From Haliotis cracherodii (lineage: Eukaryota), in NCBI RefSeq assembly GCF_022045235.1, contig NW_027266297.1:66588001-66652000 (forward strand): 64,000 nucleotides of DNA, written 5' to 3'. Numbering within the stretch: the first letter of the stretch is position 1; every line of letters begins with the position of its first letter. Made by a program: the position numbers and the translations under genes. Shown here piece after piece: positions 26,301 through 38,300 of this stretch. The notes beneath the pieces were generated by a model that worked only from the letters and a program-made list of their open reading frames with translations, was not told the origin of the DNA and did not search any database.

Positions 26301-29300
26301 CATCCGAGTTCTGTCTTCATCCTAACCAGAGGCACTGATAGAGACAGCCTGTCAATAATTGATTATATGCCAACATTTGACGATAAGGAATTAATAGTCC
26401 AGTCCTATATTACCCCAAGAAACAAGTTTATTGATTTCATAATTTTGCGCGTGGGGTGTGATCCTCTCAGTACGGGATCTTAGTTCACCTTGACCTCAAC
26501 AATGTGACCTTTGACCTTGAGTCGTCCTCCGACGTTAATCCGGTCATTCACCCACATGGGACCTTATGTCCGTCGGTAAAGACTATTCTCCAAGTTACTG
26601 ATTACATAAAACGCAAGTTTATATACATAAAACCACCGTATGTTTTAATCAGTGAACCTTAAACTAAATCGTCTTACGTTATGATCAGCGTACCGTGTTG
26701 TAATATGTACTCCGATTTGCGTTAACATTTCAGACATATTGGCAGCGTGGAGTATTATGTGTGGTGAAAATTGTTGAGGTTGTGTGATAATCTCAGTGGC
26801 TAATTCAGCTTTAATAACGATGTCGCCTCTGTTACCTAGGAATATCTGTTTCAGAGACGATAACTTTACATCAGTGGAAAGTTTCGTTCTTAAACTTCAA
26901 ATGACATTCACAAGAAATAATGTCATTACTCAAGTCAAGTTTATTTCGTAATTCAAGCCACATGGACCACAGGACATTTGTAATATAAATTATATCTAGT
27001 GAGGGAGTGAGTTGGGTTTAACGCCGCTTTTAACAGTATTCCAGTTATATCACGGCGTGTCAGCTTAATGTGGGAGGAAAGCCCGAAGTGATGCAGGTCT
27101 CAGACGTTTACCACTTCGGTGAAACCCACGAGTACGGGTATGGTGCTGACAAACCTAGAAACATAATCGGGGCGAACCGGGATTCGAACCCACATTCATA
27201 GGTTTCTGGCGTGCCCAAGGGACGCAACTCTGCACAGCGAATCGCGGCGCCTTAGACGACTGGGCCACCCGTGCCCCCTAAATTATATCTAAGGTCGATC
27301 TCATCATAAATAATTTTCATGAATATAAAGCTATCAAGCGTAGTACATTAATATCACAGGAGTTAAATAAATTTGCAAACGTAATATTTCCCTTTTAATA
27401 TTTCTGTAATAAAGTAAAACATCATTTTTCAAGTGAAAACATTTCTTACATACAAAAAAGACATGGTAGTCATCCTCTACTAAATGAAGGTCACATTCTT
27501 TACATATAGATTCTGTATGAGGTATATTTAACAATGACCTTTTACGAATAATGTGGACTCGAAAGTTGTGAAGAGATATTCGAAAGTTATACATTGCTCT
27601 ATTTGTTTGAGTACCGTTATTTTTTATTCGAGTTGCAGAAGAGATGTTATATTAGTATAATGCACTAAAAGGTTGACGACTCTAAACTGTGGTACCATCA
27701 TTAGAAATAGATATCTCTTAAGCGTATTCTAAATGTAGATAAAACATGTTGTTTATCGCAAACATCTTGGAATAACCACACATACGCAAAACCGCTATCA
27801 AATAACATTTGTCTCACATACGAGGCCCAATTGACTTTTCCATTCTCATCTAACGCTTCGAGCATAACATAACCTTAGAAGGGGTATCGACTTGCCTATC
27901 ATATCACCAACGGGAGATATCGCTTGGGTTCGTAGAAATCATGTGTGTACTAGTATAAATATCACTTCTCGCGTACCAGTGTATTGTTTCAGTCATCAGA
28001 ACGACATTGATGACATCATTTGAATCTTATTGTGACGTAAGGTCGGAATGACGTCACACTAGAAATGACGTCATAGCCAAAGATTGTTGACGTCATTCCA
28101 CAATGTGGTTTTCTAGGACAGCGGTAGTGATCGGCGCCTTTTCTCTAAACGGAGCTCAAAAGAATTAGGATATAATGTGCAAATAAAGAAATTATTACAC
28201 TTGCATGTGTGCCACATTGATTTTACGAAACTCTTGTAAGAATGCATGTATTACAAGAATTCAGACACTCGTTTCGTAACATCAGAATGACACATATGCT
28301 CGTACAATAATCTCTATGTATCTGCAAATCTTTGTCTAATCGTTGATTGACAAATCAAAATTCCGAGTTTCGTGAAGGTAATTCTAAAGATGATCCATTG
28401 TAAATTTAAGAAAGGAAACCAAGATAAATCATGTGGTAAATGTCAACTATTAAATACACTAATTTTATCAGTTTGTGCCTTCATGAAGGAAACGGTTGGC
28501 GTCTTGTTCTGATAATCGTCTGATAATCGCTAAAACTACCTGTGCAGATATTAACAAGTTATGCTAAACCCCATTCCAAGAGTATGAGTAATATGGACCC
28601 AGTGAATGATTGTGTTAGTCGTGTTGGGCATGTTGAGTCGCCGTCAGTCACTAGAACCAAGTGCAGTATATGGCCATGTTGCAGGTAATTATGTGCTCAA
28701 CATACCCGTCCTCGAGGCCATTATTATGCCACCCGAACTTAAATAAAACTGCCACATAAAATGTACGTGCAGTACTACAGGCAGGTGGTGTTTACGTCTT
28801 GTCATACATATAACGTCATCTACCGAACAATAGACACACACTACCAAGCTCCTTCCCAGCGCGTGACACCTTTGTTATAGAGGGCTCCGCGAACGGGCTA
28901 TCGCTGTGAGGAGCCTGGCAATTAAATCAAATGCATAAACATGCCTCCTCGACGGACTATTCTGATAAGGACAATACATCCTGGTGCATTTCAATAAAAC
29001 TTTGAACTATAGATGTGTCGTCTTACCACGGAACAAAACAACACGTTATGGCTTGTTGTATGAATTGACGTCGGTTGTTTGCGTTGTGTCTTGCTATATA
29101 GACAGCCTGAGACAATATTGGTAATAATTTAGCAGCAAACTACATAAAACCCGTGTATAGAAATCTCAGTATTGTTTTTCCTGAATTAATTTATGTACCA
29201 ATTCCAGCCATTATTTCATTATACTTTGAATTAACCTTGACGAGAACCCCCTTGTCTTGATTTGGACAGGGGTAGTCGGGTAGTGGTTAAAGCGTTCGCT

Positions 29301-32300
29301 CGCCACGCCGAAGACCCGGGTTCGATTCCCCACATGGGTACAATGTGTGAAGGTTTCTGGTGTCCCCCGCCGTGGTATTGCTGGAATATTGCTAAAAGAG
29401 GCTTAAAACATACTCACTGATTTAGACAGACACCTACTTATTCATTGTGCCAATTTAACGTGGTATTTCAACGAAAGCCAGGGTCAAAGTGGCTGGATCA
29501 GTGTATATACACTCACGTCAAAACGCAGCAATTGTCGATTTGCAATGTCTCAGACGGCATTGCTTTCACACCTGTTCAAAAATGTCAAGGAGGAAAACCG
29601 TAAAACGAAATGCACGTGCAAGTTATGGCATTCGTAACTCGTGGTAGTGGCTATAAAAAGCTAATAATTTGTCATTCAATTGTCAACATTTTTCAAGTTC
29701 GAAAATGCCGACACTCAGTGCTGCCGTTTCGGAACATCACCAAAGGACGTATCCAAATATGGGAATCGCAGTCTTCTGTTGCACGCCACTTCAAACAGCA
29801 CCCTTTGCCGCCTTTGTGACTGATACACACAGTTCAATTCTACTACAGACCGCCCGAGAACCGACCGACCAAGAGTTACCACACCTGCACAGGATCGCTA
29901 CATTCGACTGTTCCACCAACGTCATCGCACTGCCACAGCTACACCACGAGATCAGACTTGGTTGTGGTTTCAGGGAAATTTGACAGCAAATCGCTACATA
30001 AATCAAATTCTTCAGCATCACCTTCTTTCAATCATTGACCGCCAGAGGGAGCTGTTTCAACAGGACAACGCTCCACCGCACACAGCTCGTGTCAAGGTAG
30101 ATTACCTTCATAATGCCATCATCAACGCCTTGCCCTGGCCGTCGAGATCTCCAGTTCTAAACCTAATCGAACACCTCTGGGATGAACTCGATCGACGTGG
30201 ACGTCAACGTCAGAACACGCCACATACACTCCCACAACAGACCAACGCGTTACAATGAGAATGGCGCAGAATTCCGCTGGACAGAATTCCTACACTTATC
30301 CAGTCAAAGCAGAAGAGATGCAGAGCCACGACTGCTGCCCGGGGCTGTCACACGACACATAAAATACTGATTTCAGCCACTCCTTGTGACATAATAGTGA
30401 ACAGTTTTCAATGCCTTTGTACAACGACAACATGTGACTATCGAGCTCAAATATGTCGACTTTATTAGGTACAATACCTTTACAAATATCTACCGGTGCG
30501 TTTCTTTTTTTGAAGAGTGTGCGATTCAGGATCAGTTACGTGTTTAGTTGATCATTGTGCCACATTAACGTAGTATGTCAACAAAAACCGGGGTCACCGT
30601 GATCGGATCAGTAGCTATATGATTCAGGACCAATTACGCGTTCAGTTTAATCCGAGGTTTTATCTTCCAGGTCGTATGTGCGGATATATAATTGCAGTCG
30701 GATTGCAGATACTGTTTGATGGCAATTCTGGCTTATGGCAATTTTTGTTTCACATGTACGTTTCATTACATGGGTGGGTGATCCTGTTAATGAGGAATGG
30801 ATGTGTTCATTGTGTTTGAGTCGCTTCACATTTCATTGAGGTACTAGTATTATTTTATACCCTATCTTAACTCTTGTCGTCTCACGTTCCGGGGAAACGC
30901 CAAATTCACCCTCCCCTCACACTCCCATGTCAACGTGACCTCGACGGCATTTCATGGTTTCAACACAGGGGTGAGATAAACAACGTGAAACTGACACCTG
31001 CAGGTAGTGGTTGTGTCCCTTTGTTACCGACACGCAATTGAACAAGTACAGCTTGGTACATTTTTGTTGATCTCAAATGCCTGGTCTATAGCTGATGACA
31101 TTGGATATACTGACTGTGTAACACACCCTGGTCTATAGTTGACAACATGGGCTATACTGACAGTGCATCACACCCTGGTCTATAGTTAACAACATGGGCT
31201 ATACTGACGGTGTATAACACCTGGTCTATAGCTGATAACTTTGGATATACTGCAGTGTATAACACCCTGGTCTATAGTTGACAACATAGGCTATACTGAC
31301 AGCGCATAACACCCTGGTCTATTGTTGACAACATGGGCTATGCTGACTGTGTATAACACCCTGGTCTAAAGTTATCAACATGGGCTATACTGATAGTGTA
31401 TAACACCCTGGTCTGTATATAACACCATGGGCTATACTGACAGTGCATAACACTCTTGTCTATAGTTAACAAAATAGGCTATACTGACAGTGGATAACAC
31501 CTGGTCTATAGTTGGCAACATGATCTATACTAACAATGTAGGACACACTGGTTTATAGTTAACAACATGGGCTATACTGACAATGCAGGTCACCCTGGTT
31601 TATAGTTAACAACATGATCTATACTGACAATGCAGGTCACCCTGGTTTATAGTTAACAACATGATCTATACTGACAATGTAGGAGACCCTGGTTTATAGT
31701 TAACAACATGGGCTATACTGACAATGCAGGTCACCCTGGTTTATAGTTAACAACATGATCTATACTGACAATGAAGGAGACCCTGGTTTATAGTTAACAA
31801 CATGATCTATACTGACAATGTAGGAGACCCTGGTTTATAGTTAACAACATGGGCTATACTGACAATGCAGGTCACCCTGGTTTATAGTTAACAACATGAT
31901 CTATACTGACAATGAACGAGACCCTGGTTTATAGTTAACAACATGGGCTATACTGACAATGTAGGACACACTGGTTTATAGTTAACAACATGATCTATAC
32001 TGACAATGTAGGAGACCCTGGTTTATAGTTAACAACATGATCTATACTAACAATGTAGGACACACTGGTTTATAGTTAACAACATGATCTATACTGACAA
32101 TGTAGGACACACTGGTCTATGATTAACAACATGATCTATACTGACAATGTAGGAGACCCTGGTTTATAGTTAACAACATGATCTATACTGACAATGCAGG
32201 TCACCCTGGTTTATAGTTAACAACATGATCTATACAGACAATGTAGGTCACCCTGGTTTATAGTTAACAACATGATCTATACTGACAATGTAGGTCACCC

Positions 32301-35300
32301 TGGTTTATAGTTAACAACATGATCTATACTGACAATGAAGGAGACCCTGGTTTATAGTTAACAACATGATCTATACTGACAATGTAGGAGACCCTGTTTA
32401 TAGTTAACAACATGATCTATACAGACAATGTAGGAGACCCTGTTTATAGTTAACAACATGATCTATACAGACAATGTAGGTCACCCTGGTTTATAGTTAA
32501 CAACATGATCTATACTGACAATGCAGGTCACCCTGGTTTATAGTTAACAACATGATCTATACTGACAATGTAGGAGACCCTGGTTTATAGTTAACAACAT
32601 GGGCTATACTGACAATGCAGGTCACCCTGGTTTATAGTTAACAACATGATCTATACTGACAATGAAGGAGACCCTGGTTTATAGTTAACAACATGATCTA
32701 TACTGACAATGCAGGTCACCCTGGTTTATAGTTAACAACATGATCTATACTGACAATGTAGGACACACTGGTTTATAGTTAACAACATGGGCTATACTGA
32801 CAATGTAGGACGCACTGGTTTATAGTTAACAACATGATCTATACTGACAATGTATAACACCTGGTCTATAGTTAACAACATGATCTATACTGACAATGTA
32901 GGACACCCTGGTTTATAGTTAACAACATGGGCTATACTGACAATGTAGGACGCACTGGTTTATAGTTAACAACATGATCTATACTGACAATGCAGGTCAC
33001 CCTGGTTTATAGTTAACAACATGGGCTATACAGACAATGTAGGACACACTGGTTTATAGTTAACAACATGGGCTACACTGATCTTATGTTAAAGCACAGG
33101 GTGCCTTGTGTTGCTCCATTGCCCATCGTCATTCAATTGTTTTGTGTTGAGGCAAGGCCAACAAACTGGTATATGAATAGTTGATCTAGAGCATGACAAT
33201 GCCTATATTCATCTTGATATTCTCTTTTGCTTTCACCAACCTGGCTATCCCAATGGGGAAAACACTGGGCTCATTTCGGATACGGTTTATCTGGTATAGA
33301 GCTGTAATGAAATTGACAAAGGTGTTTACTGAAGAAAGCCAAGATAAGTTTGACACAAAGAATTGACAGTGTAGTGTTTGTATGAGCATATCCACTTTAG
33401 TTCCACGTGTACTTGTCGCAGTTTCAGATCTGTCCGCGATTTGATATAAGCATTTCGGTGTAAGTGTTTTGATATTCGGATCTACATTTCAAACACGTAC
33501 ACACTTTAACGTTCAAACAAATGTACATATCCGCTTTTTAAACATGTGTGCTCTATATGTCGCCATATCAACCTTTGAGTACTTCGTACATATCAATGTT
33601 TCAAACACATGTAATTATCAACATTACAAAGACACTTAGATATCAACATTACAAACGTATGTGTGAATTCAGCGTTACAAACACGCTTACGTATCAACGT
33701 TTCAAACACGGGTACATATCAACGTTACAAGCACGTGTAGATGTCAACGTTACAAACACTTGTGGATGTCAACGTTAAACAATCGAGTACATATCAACGT
33801 TACAAACACATGTACATATCAACGTTACAAACACGTGTGGATGTCAACGTTACAAAATCGGGTACATAGCTACGTTAAAAACATGTGTGAATGTCAACGT
33901 TACAAAATCGGGTAGATATCACCGTTACAAACACGTGTACATATCAACGTTACAAACACGTGTGGATGTCAACGTTACACAATCGGGTAGATATCAACGT
34001 TACAAACACGTGTACATATCACCGTTACAAACACGTGTACATATCAACGTTACAAACACATGTGGATGTCAAAGTTACAAAATCGGGTAGATATCAACGT
34101 TACAAACACGTGTGAATGTCAACGTTACAAAATCGGGTACATATCAACGTTACAAACACGTGTACATATATGCATTACAAACACGTTCCGTATCGACGTT
34201 ACGTGTACATATCAACGTTACACACAAGTTTTTATATCAACGTTACAAACACGTGTTCAAATATACGTTATAACACATGTACGTTATCATTTATTAAATG
34301 CATGATGTCATGGCGCTAAATGTCACATTATATCAAAACCCTCCCTGGCTAGGTGGAAGACCCGACAGCAGGGGCACCAACAGACCGACATCTACATCAA
34401 CGTCGCCAGGGGTAAGGGGATACATCAAATCCCTACTGGCATTCGTAGCACTGTCCTACTTTAGGGGATCTGTCTGCCAATCAGCGTTATCGATCTCAGA
34501 ATGTTATTGATTTCTTCCGTCTTCATCTTTTGTCATTGTGTGGAAACTATTGGGGGAGTTTTTGGACAAAGCCAACGGCAAAAGCTTCATGTTTTGTTAA
34601 TGGTTATCATTTCCTGAATGCTAAAACAGACAGAGCATATATATTTTATTAAAAAGCACATGCATGCCGTAAGATGATTTATCATCCAAAACTGGCTCCC
34701 ACGGGAGATATCGCTTGGGTGAGATCAAGCGATATCTAAATTGTAGATATCGCTGCAATGAAATTGCTTCATAATGCTTTTCAGACCATTGTGACGTCAT
34801 TGTTACCATGACGTCACAATCAAATGACATCACTTATGGCTCTGCTACTGAAGCTGTTAGCAATATCTTTTACACTTAAGACACTGGGTGAGATTCTCCA
34901 TATATTTACTTTGGTTTAATGAAGGTCATTTCAAAGCGGAATCGGATATGACACACTGGATGTTTTCAAATTATGAATAATCAGAAAGAGTTTTCTCAGA
35001 ACAGAATGCGTGTTTTGTAGCAGTGACGGGTCTGTTTCGGCAGATAATCAAAATTAATTATTTTTTAGAGTTGACATTTCATATTTCACAAAAATCAAGC
35101 AACACCCCCCACACCCCCCCCCCACACACCCCCCCACACCCCACCCACCCCCACCCCCTCCAACACACACACAAGAATGTTAAATGGTAGGTTCCTCAAG
35201 GACATTGCCCCTATCCCCCTTTCTTTGGTTTTCATGAACGATATGTGTTCTACAGCGTCGCGTGCTTATTTGTAATTGTTACCTTGGCATTCTGATCGAC

Positions 35301-38300
35301 TAACTCACGTGTACGTCTCATGTTTCTTCCCGTATATCACGGTCGGAGGTCAGATGGAACATTGAACACAATAGCAATGTGACTCGTACCAGTTCCCACA
35401 ATTCAGACTCCAATAAAAATGTTGCAATGACGTCTGTATTAGCTGAGTTGTGTACCTGAGAATGGGCATAGGTGCTGCAGGCGTGTCCTGTCGCCATCAA
35501 CGCCTGGCGTACGGCGATACACTGATTCTATCAGTAATATAAAATAACCAGATATACATCTGGATATAACACCTAGCTTTTGCCACAACACTTTGGTTGA
35601 AGTGATAGACCGGCAATAAATATATACATCGGAAGGTACTATACGTAAAATGGTCATGAAGCTTGTCTCATTATATAAACAGCAAAATCTCTGCATTTGT
35701 AATTCAAAGATAGCATACATGGCATATCGTTCACAGTTTCAACAAAACGGTAAAAAACAGTATCGTGTCACTGGATTGTCTGTCAAGACTCGATTATGTA
35801 CAGGCCACCGTCGTATAGCAGGAGTATTGGTGTGTGGCGTTAGGAAACAGAAAAAATACTTTTTAAATGTAAATTTTGTGTTGGGGTAATTTCCGTTAGA
35901 ACAGGACATGCTTAACCTTTTCGAGAAACCTGCATTTTCGCTAAGTTCCAGTGATCCATTCACAGAATAATTTTTATTTTCACCGCTATTTTAGCCTTAA
36001 CACCCAATGGAATCGGCAGAAAATCGATGCTGGTTATCCTCTGACGTTGTCAGTTCATACATATAAGGAATGGACCCGTCACAGTTGGAGTTTTGTGTGC
36101 CAAAAGCTAATTTGAATCCCAGTTGCTACCATGTCAATCGAAGGCTACTTTCGACTCCACATCACCAACACGATTACATAATATTGTCAATAAGGAAGAT
36201 AATATACAAGTTGACAATATTTCAACGTACAGTAAACTACGGTTATAACGAACACGGTTATAACGAACTGACAGATATAACGAACTTACTTTTTGGTCCC
36301 GACTATTTGCTGTAGTTATGCTGTATATATGCTTATAACGAACTACGGTTATAACGAACTTAGTAGTCCCTTTGAGTTCGTTATAACCGTAGTTTACTGT
36401 AATATCAAGCGTAAATTTACATGTTGCTCGATGAATAATCTTCCAGTTTAAAGTAATTCACTATCATGTATGTTCCGTTTATTTTGCAGCTGATGGGCCT
36501 TTTCCTCGTGGGCTTCATGGCCTGGACAATGGCCACCAACCCGGCTCTGATCACCGGTTTCATCTCCGGCTCTAGGGTGAGTGAGGGACTTATCTGGACG
36601 TGGTCTCGACATATGTTAGCGTCTGCTACCTAGATCAATATCAATATGTTACACAGGGCACAACATAGTTCCCTGATATAAATTGCTGGGCAAAAAAGCA
36701 TGCACCCATGTTTGATGGTGGCTAAATAATAAACCAACAAAATGGCTATTCGATGGTACGTATTTGACACAGGTATTGTTTTGGAGATAAAGTTTGCACT
36801 GTTTCGGTGGCTGTAACGTTTGTAGTTTTTCGGTCAAATTCAAGTTTCAAGGGCATGTAAGTGGGAGTTCATGATTTCATATCATACACCTGTCACAGGG
36901 GGCGGTTTGGTAGCCGACCCGTGAAGATCCGTTGTAGAATAGGTCCTCAGTAACCCATGCTTGCATTAAAAGGCGACTAGGCTTGTCGTAAGAGACGACT
37001 AACGGGATCGGGTGGTTAGGCTCGTTGACTTGGTTGACGCATGTCTTCGTATCCCATTTGCGTGGATCGATGCTCATGATGTCAATCACTGGACTGTCTG
37101 GTTCAGACTTCAGATTTACAAACGGTCGCCATATGGCTTGAATATTACTGACTTCGGCTTTAAACAACAAACAAACATTTGAGTAGCCTAGTGGTTAAAG
37201 CGTCCACTCGATGCCGAAGACCCGGGTAATTGGCCTGTTAAATTATGTTGACCTTGATTTATGTGGGAAATTATGGCCTCCAGCAAATCTGAATTTCACA
37301 TTTGTTCTTTTTCGTGAGTTACCATGTAGCTAGTTATATAATCATTTATAGATTATGAATAATTCCGGGGCGGTCGGGTAGTGGTTCGCTCGTCACGCCG
37401 AAGACCCGGGTTCGATTCCCGACTAAGTACAATGTGTGAAGCCCATTTCTAGCATCCAACGCTGGAATAGCGCTAAAAGCGGCGTGAAACCATACTCATT
37501 TATCAATACTTTTCTTTCAGTATTTTACCTACTCCATACTGGGTGCAGGCGTACTCATCGTCTTGGCAGGTAAGGCCATATATTTCGTTATATTACTTAT
37601 GTTCACACATTACAGGGGGCACGGGTGGCCCAGTTGTGTAAGGCGCTGCGATTCGCTGTGCAGAGTTGCGTCCCTTGGGCACGCCAGAAACCTATGATTG
37701 TGGGTTCGAATCCCGGTTCGCCCCGATTATGTTTCTAGGTTTGTCAGCACCATACCCGTGCTCGTTGGTTTCACCGAAGTGGTAAACGTCTGAGACATGC
37801 ATCACTTCGGGCTTTCCTCTCACATTAAGCTGACACGCCTTGATATAACTGGAATAATGTTAAAAGCGGCGTTAAACCCAACTCACTCACTCACTCACAC
37901 ATTACAATGGCGTCAAGAAACACGGGGAACGCTCAAGATCAAGATATCAAGATCTGTGTAGATAGTCGTACCATTATAAAAAGCGGCAGGACCTTTACTT
38001 GCGTCGTATATAGTTCGAACCATTGCTCGATGCCATCTAGTCTCCGGTCTTATCTTCATCTCTTGGATACCGGATACTGATGCCGTCACAGGTGACTGAT
38101 CAAATACATTAGCATAAATGTTACATCCTGTCAGCAAAATAGGGTTGCTGAATTATTTATTCTGTGAACATATCTGATGCAAATATTATTGGTTTTGTTT
38201 GCAGGTCTGTTTGGGTGCATCGGCGGACTGAAGGAAGGGACATGTCTCTTGAAGACGGTATGTCCATAGGGTGTCACGGTAGACCGGTTGATCCACCCGG

